A stretch of 64,000 bases of DNA from Alphaproteobacteria bacterium (GTDB taxonomy: Bacteria > Pseudomonadota > Alphaproteobacteria > Caedimonadales > UBA9215). The stretch lies in NCBI GenBank assembly GCA_024281375.1, contig JAJSAD010000003.1, forward strand, positions 5,514-69,513, read 5' to 3'. A program made the position numbers and the translations under genes. A model generated the notes under the pieces. It did not search any database. It saw only the letters and a list, made by a program, of their open reading frames with translations, and was not told the origin of the DNA. Of the stretch, positions 1 through 8,627 are shown in pieces (position 1 is the first letter of the stretch; each line of letters begins with the position of its first letter).

Positions 1-8
1 CATAAGAC

Positions 9-842
9 CTAGCCTTTTTTTGCCCCAAAGCGATAGAGTTTTTGGCGCAATTCCGGTGTCAGTTCAAAAGTCATACGCTCCCCTGCCTGAGAGACATGAG
101 ACCCATAATAAACCAATTTTTCATTCCAAGAAGACCCATAAGCACTTTTGAAAAAGTTATAAGGATATTTGGGACCCTTCACCCGTAAATGACCAAATTG
201 ATAAGTCTTGAGAGGGTAAATATCTCCGCTTTTGTAAATTTCCTTGTAAAAAGATTTCCGGGCTCGAGGGTTAGCATGGATAATTTCACCCTTTTCTTCC
301 TTCGTTGTATACACATCAATGGTTGTAAAGCGCTCAACCTTACGGCGTACAAACCAAATGCCATCCATAATTTTAAAAGAGCGTTTCTTGGGACGCACAT
401 GGGGACCATTAAGCTTATAAACCTTGATACTGGTGCGATCTTGATACACACCAAGGCCTTCTTTTTTCAACTCATCCTGCAGAGCCAGGACTTTTTTGCC
501 ATCTTTATCATGGATGCAAATATCAACATCATCATCATAAGAAATAATAGCTTCATGACGCACAGCCCCTAGCAATGTCCCACAGGTAATCCAATAATCT
601 ATACCCTGTTTATCAAGAATAGTCGCCAAAGCCTCAAAGGTATCATACTGTATGTGTGCGGCTTCTTGAGTCATGCTAATAGCCTTTAAGGGATCTGCCT
701 TAACCTCGGCCTCACTCATTGTGGTCCCCTCAAAATAAGGAGAAGGCGCATAGGGATCGTCAAATTCAAGACGCGTTCCCACATACCATCCACTAAAAAC
801 AGCAAGACCAAGGATTGAGAGTTTTAAAATTTTTTTAAGCAT
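9..842 (-). CDS. LicD-family phosphocholine/phosphotransferase-like protein with N-terminal hydrophobic anchor
   Basis: 277-aa ORF. It has the motif 'WITCGTLLGAVRH' followed by 'DDDVDICI', typical of the LicD nucleotidyltransferase-fold family. N-terminus 'LKLSILGLAVFSGWYVG' is hydrophobic. Confidence 0.65.
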   Translation of the reverse strand: MLKKILKLSILGLAVFSGWYVGTRLEFDDPYAPSPYFEGTTMSEAEVKADPLKAISMTQEAAHIQYDTFEALATILDKQGIDYWITCGTLLGAVRHEAIISYDDDVDICIHDKDGKKVLALQDELKKEGLGVYQDRTSIKVYKLNGPHVRPKKRSFKIMDGIWFVRRKVERFTTIDVYTTKEEKGEIIHANPRARKSFYKEIYKSGDIYPLKTYQFGHLRVKGPKYPYNFFKSAYGSSWNEKLVYYGSHVSQAGERMTFELTPELRQKLYRFGAKKG

Positions 843-860
843 CGGCCTTCCTATGGTTGA

Positions 861-998
861 TTACCCTTTAAAAGTCTTCCAAAAATCTTTTAGTTTCTTA
901 GAAAATCCTTTTGATGTTGGGCTATTATCATGATCCTGAGCGATCTTATCAAATTCTTTTATAAGCTCTTTTTGTTTAGAGGTCAAATTCACAGGCGT
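861..998 (-). other. In-frame continuation of dnaJ after the TAA: conserved DnaJ C-terminal tail
   Basis: My translation of the reverse strand in the same frame gives 'TPVNLTSKQKELIKEFDKIAQDHDNSPTSKGFSKKLKDFWKTFKG*' (stop at 861-863). This matches the E. coli DnaJ tail pattern 'ETPVxLxxxQKxLLxEL'. Confidence 0.8.
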
Positions 999-2021
999 TT
1001 AAACATCCACCAAAATATAAAGATCACCCCGCCTTGATTGACGCATTATGGTCATGCCCTTATCTTTCAAGCGGAATTTCTTACCCGATTGAATCCCTTC
1101 AGGAATCTTAACCTTTGTTTTGCCCCCGTCAATTGTGGGGACTTCAACCTCACCTCCCAAAATAGCCGCACTCATGGGAACGGTTACTTGAAAGCTAAGA
1201 TGCTCACCCGCACGCTGAAAAAGCTTGTGAGGATTAACAGTCACAAAGACATAAAGATCACCCGCGGGAGCACCAAACAAACCGGCTTCTCCTTCTCCCG
1301 TCAACCGAATTCTTGTGCCATCTTCCACACCCGCAGGGACGCTCACCTTAAGCTTACGAGGCTTCATAACACGGCCTTGTCCATGACACGGCACACAAGG
1401 ATCTTTAATGATTTGACCCGTTGCCTGACAGGCAGAACAAGGTCGCTCCATAGTAAAAAAGCCTTGCTGAGTGCGTTGCACCCCAGCGCCGTGACATTGA
1501 GGACAAGTGGTTGATCCGGAGCCCTTTTTGGCCCCGCTTCCCCCACAGTCTTTACAAGAAACACTAGACCTCATGGAAACGGTTTTTTGAACGCCCGCAA
1601 AAGCCTCTTCTAAAGAAAGGTCCATATCATAACGCAGATCATTCCCTTTTTGGGCTCTAGATTTCGAGGAGGCTCGACCACCCCCCATAAAATCACCAAA
1701 CATTTCTTCAAAGATATCTCCAAATCCAGCTCCACCAGAAGCCCCAGCAGCGGCCTTGTGAAAACCAGCACCCGCACCGCCAAAACCACCAGCCCCCTCA
1801 AAAGCCCCATGTCCAAATTGGTCATAGGCTGCTTTTTTCTGAGGATCTTTTAGGGTTTCATAGGCTTCATTAAGTTCCTTGAATTTTTTTTCAGCCCCCT
1901 CATTTCCCGGATTTTGATCGGGATGATATTTCATAGCAAGCTTACGATAAGCCTTTTTCATCTCGGCGTCAGACGCGCCCTTTTGAAGGCCCAGAACCTC
2001 ATAATAATCACGTTTTGACAT
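999..2021 (-). CDS. dnaJ: Chaperone DnaJ, ended prematurely by an in-frame TAA
   Basis: J-domain 'DYYEVLGL...YHPDQN', a G/F-rich linker and four CxxCxG zinc-finger motifs. The ORF stops at TAA (999-1001) exactly where DnaJ proteins have Glu in '..V(E)TPVNL..'. Confidence 0.93.
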   Translation of the reverse strand: MSKRDYYEVLGLQKGASDAEMKKAYRKLAMKYHPDQNPGNEGAEKKFKELNEAYETLKDPQKKAAYDQFGHGAFEGAGGFGGAGAGFHKAAAGASGGAGFGDIFEEMFGDFMGGGRASSKSRAQKGNDLRYDMDLSLEEAFAGVQKTVSMRSSVSCKDCGGSGAKKGSGSTTCPQCHGAGVQRTQQGFFTMERPCSACQATGQIIKDPCVPCHGQGRVMKPRKLKVSVPAGVEDGTRIRLTGEGEAGLFGAPAGDLYVFVTVNPHKLFQRAGEHLSFQVTVPMSAAILGGEVEVPTIDGGKTKVKIPEGIQSGKKFRLKDKGMTIMRQSRRGDLYILVDV

Positions 2022-2034
2022 GGAAAAATCCTAT

Positions 2035-2085
2035 AAAATAAAAACCCTTGGCGCCGTTAAGTTAAAAACCATCGGCACCAAGGGG
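2035..2085 (-). terminator. dnaK-dnaJ intergenic hairpin with U-tract (attenuator/terminator-like)
   Basis: Arms cccttggcgccg (2045-2056) and cggcaccaagggg (2073-2085) are complementary with one mismatch. On the minus strand the stem is followed by tttttatttt. Confidence 0.5.
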
Positions 2086-2098
2086 TATTTAAAAAAGC

Positions 2099-4072
2099 TT
2101 ATTTGTTCGCTTTCTTTTTACTATCTGTTGTCTCATCATCATCGTCCGTAGAAGAAGACTCATCAACATCTTCATAATCAGCATCCACAACTTCAGCGTC
2201 ATCGGCACCCCCGTCAGCCTTGTCAGCAGAAGCCTCATCGGTGTTCGCTGCTTCGGCGGCTTGAGCTTCTTTGTAAATGGCTTCTCCAAGTTTCATAGAA
2301 GCTTGCATCAGAGCATCAGATTTTGTTTTCACATCTTCAACGTCAACTTCTTCTTGCGCACAGGCTTCTTTTAGAGCTTCCATAGCGTCTTCAATGGCCT
2401 TTTTATCAGCCTCTTCGACCTTATCACCATGTTCAGAAAGTTGCTTTTCCGTCGCATTCACCATGGCTTCTGCTTGGTTTTTGGCTTCAATAACTTCCCG
2501 ACGCTTTTTATCTTCTTCGGCATGGGTTTCAGCATCTTTAACCATCTGATCAATTTCAGAATCATCGAGACCTCCAGAGGCCTGAATCCGAATTTGTTGT
2601 TCTTTACCCGTGGCTTTATCCTTTGCAGATACATGAACGATACCATTGGCATCAATATCAAAAGTGACTTCGATTTGAGGCACTCCGCGAGGAGCCGGTG
2701 GCAACCCAACAAGATCAAACTGACCGAGAATCTTATTATCCGCTGCCATTTCACGTTCTCCTTGAAACACACGAATAGTCACCGCAGATTGATTATCATC
2801 AGCCGTTGAGAATGTTTGGCTTTTCTTGGCAGGGATTGTTGTATTACGATCAATCAAGCGCGTAAACACACCGCCAAGGGTCTCAATACCCAATGACAAG
2901 GGTGTGACATCAAGAAGAAGAACATCTTTAACGTCTCCCTGCAAAATACCCCCTTGAATAGCTGCTCCCATGGCAACAACTTCATCAGGATTTACGCCCC
3001 GATTAGGCTCTTTACCAAAAATTTCTTGAACGGTTTCAATAATCTTAGGCATCCGGGTCATCCCCCCAACCAAGATCACTTCATCAATTTCACTGGCTTT
3101 AAGACCCGCATCTTTCAACGCATCCTTACAAGGCTTAACGGTTTTCTTGATAAGGTTTGCAATGATGCTTTCAAGTTTTGACCTAGACAACACAATATTC
3201 AAGTGCTTTGGACCCGACGCATCTGCCGTAATAAAAGGCAAGTTCACATCAGTTTGTTGGGCACTAGAGAGCTCGATCTTTGCCTTTTCTGCCGCTTCTT
3301 TCAAACGCTGTAAGGCCATATTATCTTGACGGAGATCAACCCCTTGTTCTTTTTTGAACTCATCAGCTAGGTAATCAATGATTTGGAGGTCAAAGTCTTC
3401 TCCGCCCAAAAATGTATCACCATTAGTAGATTTCACTTCAAAAACACCGTCTCCAATTTCCAAAATAGAAACGTCAAAAGTGCCGCCACCAAGGTCATAA
3501 ACCGCAATGGTCCCTGTCTTATTTTTATCAAGGCCATAGGCAAGAGCAGCCGCAGTTGGTTCGTTAATAATACGTAGAATTTCAAGGCCGACAATTTTAC
3601 CTGCATCTTTTGTGGCTTGACGCTGAGCATCATTAAAGTGAGCCGGCACCGTCACAACAGCTTGGGTCACAGTTGTGCCAAGATAGGCTTCCGCTGTCTC
3701 TTTCATTTTTTGAAGAATAAAAGCACTAATTTGGCTCGGACTATACTCTTTGCCATGGGATTCAACCCAGGCATCATTGTTCTTTGATTTAATAATTTTA
3801 TAGGGGACAAGGCCAATATCTTTTTGCGTTGCGGGGTCATCAAAGGTGCGACCAATCAAACGCTTAATACCAAAAAGTGTATTTTCAGGATTTGTAACGG
3901 CTTGGCGTTTTGCAGCCTGACCCACAAGCTTTTCGCCATCCTTTGTAAACGCAACGAACGACGGCGTTGTGCGCATTCCCTCTGCATTTTCAATAACTTT
4001 AGATTCTTTACCATCCATGACGGAAACACATGAGTTTGTGGTTCCCAAATCGATACCAATGACTTTAGACAT
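2099..4072 (-). CDS. dnaK: Chaperone DnaK (Hsp70)
   Basis: Start '[16 protein letters not shown]', then '[10 protein letters not shown]' and '[11 protein letters not shown]', with an acidic C-terminal tail. I chose the ATG at 4072 rather than the upstream ATG at 4102. Confidence 0.97.
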   Translation of the reverse strand: MSKVIGIDLGTTNSCVSVMDGKESKVIENAEGMRTTPSFVAFTKDGEKLVGQAAKRQAVTNPENTLFGIKRLIGRTFDDPATQKDIGLVPYKIIKSKNNDAWVESHGKEYSPSQISAFILQKMKETAEAYLGTTVTQAVVTVPAHFNDAQRQATKDAGKIVGLEILRIINEPTAAALAYGLDKNKTGTIAVYDLGGGTFDVSILEIGDGVFEVKSTNGDTFLGGEDFDLQIIDYLADEFKKEQGVDLRQDNMALQRLKEAAEKAKIELSSAQQTDVNLPFITADASGPKHLNIVLSRSKLESIIANLIKKTVKPCKDALKDAGLKASEIDEVILVGGMTRMPKIIETVQEIFGKEPNRGVNPDEVVAMGAAIQGGILQGDVKDVLLLDVTPLSLGIETLGGVFTRLIDRNTTIPAKKSQTFSTADDNQSAVTIRVFQGEREMAADNKILGQFDLVGLPPAPRGVPQIEVTFDIDANGIVHVSAKDKATGKEQQIRIQASGGLDDSEIDQMVKDAETHAEEDKKRREVIEAKNQAEAMVNATEKQLSEHGDKVEEADKKAIEDAMEALKEACAQEEVDVEDVKTKSDALMQASMKLGEAIYKEAQAAEAANTDEASADKADGGADDAEVVDADYEDVDESSSTDDDDETTDSKKKANK

Positions 4073-4325
4073 AAGATTTATTCCTTCTTTTGCAAATTCC
4101 AAAAGCCCATCACTCAGGCGCTTTTCAAATTCCGTGTTAATTATATCTCCCCGAGCCTTTTTAACAGAAGCACCCGACGTGACAAACCAATAGAGAGATT
4201 GACTCTCTTTCTATATTATGCCAAAGAATCCATTTAAATGCAAGTTTTGAAGACTGTGTCATGAGCAGGTGATAAAAGGGGTGGTGGTTCTTAACACCCA
4301 ACAGTTTTTTTCTAAGAAGCTGTAA

Positions 4326-5160
4326 AGGGGCTTTTTCTTCTCCTCCTCCTTCTTCTCCTTCTTCTCCTCCTTCTTCTCCTTCTTCTCCTTCTCTCCCTTC
4401 CAAACCCCCTGCTCCCCGTGTATTTTTTTGACAAATAGACATTTTTTATCGATATCTTTGACTAATAGTCAAAAAATTGGCGAAATAAAGGCAGGGAAAG
4501 AGAGGGAAACAGGGAAAGAGAAGGAAACAGGGAAAGAGAAGGGAACAGGGAAAGAGAAGGGAACAGGGAAAGAGAGGGGGGCATTAAAAAGGAAAAGTAT
4601 CTTTTTTAAAAAATTTCCCCCCTTCTTTTAAACTGATGAATGGTAAGCTAGGACTACCTCATGAAAAAAAATTTAGATATTACGAACCTCTAATAATGCT
4701 TAAGAAAGAGAAGAATGCTACTTAGAATTAAGTTTTTTCCTTCCCTCACCCCACATTTTTCGACTAATAGACATATTTAAAAAATATTTTTACTATTTGT
4801 CAAAAAATTAAGCAACATGGGACGGAAGGAAAAAAAGAAAAAGGCAAGTTACCCGCCCCTTTTTATTTACTTCCTGCCTTTCCTTCCACCCCTCTCCTCC
4901 TCTTTCTTTTCCTGCCCTTAGTTTTGCCGGTTTTTTGATTAACAGTTACCAATAATGATATAAAATGCCTATTTGTCAAAAATTGGGCGGGGTATTTAAG
5001 GGAGAATGGGAGTGGGGAGGATTTGGACCCTATACCTATTCAGTTTCAAAAATGACGGGTAGTGAAAAACACCTCTTAATCCTTTTGTAAATTAATAAAT
5101 ATAAATGTCAAAAATAGAGGGGAAGGCAGGGGGGGAAAAAGAAAAATGGAAAAATTAAAG
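4326..5160. repeat. Array of four modules, each a polypyrimidine arm, an AT-rich core and a polypurine arm
   Basis: Approximate arm coordinates: CT arms 4331-4412, 4733-4755 and 4852-4917; GA arms 4486-4581, 4819-4847, 4985-5021 and 5116-5160. The cores carry TTGAC(A/T)AATAG or its complement. Confidence 0.8.
4492..4580 (+). repeat. 18-bp tandem repeat CAGGGAAAGAGAAGGGAA, about 4.5 copies
   Basis: Units read at 4492-4509, 4510-4527, 4528-4545 and 4546-4563, plus a partial unit from 4564. Units differ at 1-2 positions. Confidence 0.9.
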
Positions 5161-5162
5161 AA

Positions 5163-5269
5163 TATACCTATTCAGTTTCAAAATGTGGGTTTTAAAATCA
5201 GACTAGAGCTCCCGGAACGTCTACTTCATACGTGAGGACATTATGACTTTGGGATGTGTCGCCGTTTTG
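5163..5269 (+). repeat. Dispersed intergenic repeat family A, copy 1
   Basis: Shares 'GTGGGTTTTAAAA.CAGA..AGAGCTCCCGGA.CGT.TACTTCATACGTGAGGACA...GATGTGTCGCCGTTTTG' with the reverse complements of 16695-16796 and 7549-7641. Its first 21 nt also occur alone at 5031-5051. Confidence 0.8.
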
Positions 5270-5474
5270 CCAATAAAGAGACTTGGCCACAGGTTGAAAG
5301 AGGAGGGGTATAATCAACGCCTTGCTAAAACAAAATCACCTCTGGGTGGAACAAAAGACTTGACCCTATACACAGATGCCAAACTAAACTGAGGGATGGT
5401 AAGCGGGTGGTTCTAGTTTTGAATCATTTCTTGTGGTATTATTTTCTTAACTTCTCAATAAAAAGGAACTTAAT

Positions 5475-6386
5475 ATGGAATTTTCAACATTCGTTCTTGC
5501 CATCGTTGTTTTGGCAGCCGTTATTATCTCTATGGGTGTTAAATCGGTCCCTCAAAGTGAGGAATGGACCGTTGAGCGTTTTGGTAAATTTACAGGGCTT
5601 TTACGTCCTGGTCTCAACTTAATTATCCCTTTTGTCGATCGTATTGGCTCAAAAATTAGTGTAAGAGAGCGGGTTATTGACGTTCCTCCTCAGGATGTTA
5701 TTACAAAGGACAACGCCATGGTGCGTGTTGATGGAGTGGTCTTTTTTCAAATTCTTGATAGTGTAAAGGCAGCTTACGAGGTTGCGGGGCTTGAAAATGC
5801 TATTATTAACCTTACCATGACAAATGTAAGAACGGTTATGGGGGAGATGGTTTTGGACGGCCTTCTCTCAAACCGTGAAAAAATTAATTCTACGCTTTTG
5901 AATGTCATTGATGAAGCCACAAACCCTTGGGGTGTTAAGGTAACGCGTATTGAAATTAAAGATATTACACCGGCCAGCGATCTCGTGGAATCCATGGCCC
6001 GCCATATGAAGGCCGAGCGTGAGAAAAGAGCAACCATTCTTGAAGCCCAGGGGGTTCGGGAGGCCGCTATTCTTGAAGCTGAAGGAGAACGTCAAGCAAC
6101 GATTCTACGGGCCGAAGCCGACAAAGAAGCTGAATTTCGTAAGGCCGAGGGGCGGGAACGTGCTGCTGAAGCGGAGGCAAAAGCAACCCAAATGGTTTCA
6201 GAGGCCATTGCAAAAGGAGATATACAAGCCATTAACTACTTTGTTGCTCAAAAATATGTTGATTCCCTTAAAGACATGGCTTCTGCAGATAATAGTAAAG
6301 TGATCTTTATGCCCCTTGAATCCTCTAGTATTATTGGGGCTTTGGGTGGTGTTGCTGAGCTCACTAAAGAAGCCTTTAAGAAATAG
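5475..6386 (+). CDS. SPFH/band-7 (stomatin/QmcA-like) membrane protein
   Basis: N-terminal TM segment followed by an SPFH core ('TKDNAMVRVDGVVFFQI', 'WGVKVTRIEIKDI') and an Ala/Glu-rich coiled tail. It is followed by an NfeD gene, a classic pairing. Confidence 0.9.
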   Translation: MEFSTFVLAIVVLAAVIISMGVKSVPQSEEWTVERFGKFTGLLRPGLNLIIPFVDRIGSKISVRERVIDVPPQDVITKDNAMVRVDGVVFFQILDSVKAAYEVAGLENAIINLTMTNVRTVMGEMVLDGLLSNREKINSTLLNVIDEATNPWGVKVTRIEIKDITPASDLVESMARHMKAEREKRATILEAQGVREAAILEAEGERQATILRAEADKEAEFRKAEGRERAAEAEAKATQMVSEAIAKGDIQAINYFVAQKYVDSLKDMASADNSKVIFMPLESSSIIGALGGVAELTKEAFKK

Positions 6387-6391
6387 GATTA

Positions 6392-6844
6392 ATGTTTATG
6401 ACTCTAGAAACATTGAGCTTTGTTTACTGGCATTGGTGGCTTTTTGCCGTCCTGCTCTTTATTATTGAAATGATGGTTCCAGCGACCTTTTTTCTTTGGA
6501 TGGGGGTTTCTGCCGTTGCCGTTGGTATTCTGTCTTTTTTTGTGCCGGACCTCAGGAGTTCAACGGAGCTTATTATTTTTGCGGTGCTCTCTGTTATCAG
6601 TGTTATTGCTTGGCGGTTTTATCAAGCCAAGAATCCCTCCAAAACAGATCATCCGACGTTAAATCGTCGAGGAGAGCAGTATATTGGCCGTGTGGTCACC
6701 CTCACAAAACCTATTGGGGATGGTTTTGGCAAAGAAAAAGTTGGCTCAACCCTGTGGACCCTCCAAGGACCTGATGCTGATATTGGGACAAAAGTTAAAA
6801 TTACAGGTGTAGATAGCGCCGGTCTTTTGGTAGAGATTGCCTAA
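6392..6844 (+). CDS. NfeD-family membrane protein
   Basis: 150 aa with three to four TM segments and a C-terminal OB-like soluble domain ('GRVVTL...G.V...G..W...'). Confidence 0.8.
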   Translation: MFMTLETLSFVYWHWWLFAVLLFIIEMMVPATFFLWMGVSAVAVGILSFFVPDLRSSTELIIFAVLSVISVIAWRFYQAKNPSKTDHPTLNRRGEQYIGRVVTLTKPIGDGFGKEKVGSTLWTLQGPDADIGTKVKITGVDSAGLLVEIA

Positions 6845-6970
6845 GATTATAATTGTTGCAAAAAATTCTAGACACCACCCACCGTGCGCTCCTTAACGAT
6901 AGGGTGCTCTGTAGAAGGGGTAAAGGTGGTTTCCTTCTGAAATCTGAATAATACCATTTTTACTATAGGA

Positions 6971-7046
6971 TGGTATCCCCAAGGGGATTCGAACCCCTGT
7001 TGCCGCCGTGAAAGGGCGGTGTCCTAGGCCTCTAGACGATGGGGAC
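6971..7046 (-). tRNA. tRNA-Glu (anticodon UUC)
   Basis: Reverse complement reads GTCCCCATCGTCTAGAGGCCTAGGACACCGCCCTTTCACGGCGGCAACAGGGGTTCGAATCCCCTTGGGGATACCA. The acceptor stem pairs, the anticodon loop is CTTTCAC, a GGTTCGAATCC T-arm is present and CCA is encoded. Confidence 0.93.
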
Positions 7047-7184
7047 CCAGATAACATATCTTGATTGGAGCACGAGTTCCTTAACAAGACATTAAGATTA
7101 CTACATGTTTCCTTGTTCTGAAGCAAGGAAAAAAAGAGAAAAAAGATTTTTCCTAAGGGCCCCCAGGAACGTTTCGGAAGAAAA

Positions 7185-7523
7185 TCAGCTCCCTGCACCA
7201 GGCTTTTTTGAAAAAACAGTTTTAAGCTTATCTTTTACGCCATCCCATTTCTCAGCTTCTGGCAGAGGAGGTCTATTTTCTGTGATTTGAGGCCAGATAT
7301 TGGCATATTTTTGATTATGCTCGACCCATTTTTCAGACCCCTCTTCCGTGTCGGAAATAATAGCATTTGCAGGACACTCTGATTCACATACCCCACAATC
7401 GATGCACTCTTCAGGATTAATAACAACCATATTTTCGCCCTCATAAAAGCAATCAACGGGGCAAATTTCAATACAATCGCCGTACTTACAGTTGATGCAG
7501 TTGTCGGTCACAATATATGTCAT
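7185..7523 (-). CDS. fdxA: 7Fe ferredoxin (FdxA type)
   Basis: '[26 protein letters not shown]' and '[12 protein letters not shown]' cluster motifs. I preferred the ATG at 7523 over the 7580 extension. Confidence 0.92.
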   Translation of the reverse strand: MTYIVTDNCINCKYGDCIEICPVDCFYEGENMVVINPEECIDCGVCESECPANAIISDTEEGSEKWVEHNQKYANIWPQITENRPPLPEAEKWDGVKDKLKTVFSKKPGAGS

Positions 7524-7548
7524 AGACCTACCCTCTTTCGAGCCGTGC

Positions 7549-7641
7549 TCTTTCAAAACGGCGGGTCTTGTTGTCCTCACGTATTAGCATACGCTCCGGG
7601 AACGTCGCCCTGGTTTTAAAAGTCACGACTCTAAATAGGAT
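7549..7641 (-). repeat. Dispersed intergenic repeat family A, copy 3 (more diverged)
   Basis: Reverse complement contains 'TTTTAAAACCAG...TCCCGGAGCGTATGCTAATACGTGAGGACA...CCGCCGTTTTGAAAG'. It lies between the fabH stop and the fdxA start. Confidence 0.7.
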
Positions 7642-7649
7642 AGGTCTCA

Positions 7650-8627
7650 TTAGAATCTCAATAAGGCGGAGCCCCAAACCAATCCGCCGCCAATGGCTTC
7701 ATGGAGGATTAGGTCTCCCTCTTTAACTTTACCGGATTTCACAGCCTCATGGAGAGCAAGGGGAATAGAGGCAGCAGACGTATTGGCATGTTGGGCAACG
7801 GTCACAATGACTTTGCTTTCGTCCATATCAAGCTTGCGGCGCATGCCTTCAATAATACGGGCATTGGCCTGATGGGGAATAAGCCAATCTAGCTCATCAG
7901 GACTGACCTTATATTTTTTAAGGGTTGTTTTTGCAGATTTAGCAAGTTTTGTGACGGCATGCTTAAAAACTTCTTGCCCTGTCATGCGTAATTTACCAAC
8001 ACTTCCCGTTGAAGAAGGACCCCCGTCAGCATGTAGAATATCAAAATAACGACCGTCTGATTCAAGATCAACCCCAATCAAGCCACGATTCTGAGGGTTA
8101 TCTTTTGCTTCAGTAGCCTCTAAAACAACGGCTCCCGCCCCATCGCCAAAGAGAACACAGGTCGTGCGATCTTCCATATCTAATAAGTTCGAGATCGTTT
8201 CGGCCCCAATGACAAGAGCCCGCTTTGCTTTACCAAGGCGCAGAAAGCTATCGGCTACATTTAAGCCCAAAAGATACCCCGCACAAACAGCAGCCACATC
8301 AAAAGCAAGGCCTTTGGTATTGCCAAGCTTGTGTTGAACGCGGGTTGCGCAAGCTGGAAATGTATTGTCTGGGCTTGCTGTTGCGACAATAATCAGATCA
8401 ATATCATTGGGTTGAAGATTTGCATTTTCTAAAGCCTCTTGAGCTGCCTTGGTCGCTAAATCAGAGGTCCCTTGACCCTTTTTTGCAAAATAACGTTGAT
8501 GAATACCAGTGCGTTCAACAATCCACTCATGGGATGTATCAACGGTTTCAGCGAGTTTGTCATTACTAACAGGCGTTCCAGGAAGGTAGCTTCCTGTCCC
8601 AATAATAACGGACTTGATATCTTGCAT
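7650..8627 (-). CDS. fabH: 3-oxoacyl-ACP synthase III
   Basis: 325 aa with the Cys/His/Asn triad contexts 'AAVCAGY', 'IPHQANARI' and 'HANTSAASIP'. Confidence 0.95.
   Translation of the reverse strand: MQDIKSVIIGTGSYLPGTPVSNDKLAETVDTSHEWIVERTGIHQRYFAKKGQGTSDLATKAAQEALENANLQPNDIDLIIVATASPDNTFPACATRVQHKLGNTKGLAFDVAAVCAGYLLGLNVADSFLRLGKAKRALVIGAETISNLLDMEDRTTCVLFGDGAGAVVLEATEAKDNPQNRGLIGVDLESDGRYFDILHADGGPSSTGSVGKLRMTGQEVFKHAVTKLAKSAKTTLKKYKVSPDELDWLIPHQANARIIEGMRRKLDMDESKVIVTVAQHANTSAASIPLALHEAVKSGKVKEGDLILHEAIGGGLVWGSALLRF

Noticed and set aside
2099-2250. The highly acidic Asp/Glu/Ser-rich C-terminal extension of DnaK as something unusual.
   Set aside because: Variable acidic tails are common in DnaK C-termini and nothing else about the gene is aberrant.
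4100-4330. A heat-shock control element upstream of dnaK: a CIRCE inverted repeat or an RpoH-type promoter.
   Set aside because: There is no TTAGCACTC-N9-GAGTGCTAA. A perfect TATAAT on the minus strand (4140-4145) has only a weak -35 (TCTGTT/CTTCTG). I could not support a sigma-32 CTTG...CCCCAT/CYTAT pattern with confidence.
4492-4580. Possible CRISPR array, given the short regularly spaced repeats.
   Set aside because: The 18-bp units are directly tandem with no unique spacers. No cas genes are present and the repeat is not palindromic.
4161-4631. Two divergent ORFs, 4161..4442 (-) and 4428..4631 (+), encoding 'EGEEGEEGGEEGEEGGGEE' and 'GKEKETGKEKETGKEKGTGKEKG' repeats.
   Set aside because: They exist only because purine-only tracts cannot contain stop codons in the relevant frames. 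They have no RBS context and extreme low complexity, and both start inside the AT-rich core. I treated them as by-products of the repeat array.
6845-6970. Possible SRP (4.5S) RNA or another ncRNA in the gap between nfeD and tRNA-Glu. The minus strand contains 'cagaaggaaaccacc', reminiscent of the 'GGAAGGAAGCAGCC' motif.
   Set aside because: I could not fold the region into the long hairpin with a GNRA tetraloop and symmetric loop that SRP RNA needs. Only a 6-bp AGAAGG/CCTTCT stem is evident.
7101-7130. The hairpin ttccttg...caaggaa between tRNA-Glu and fdxA as a terminator.
   Set aside because: The T-run precedes rather than follows the stem on the minus strand, and A residues follow it on the plus strand. 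It fits neither orientation.
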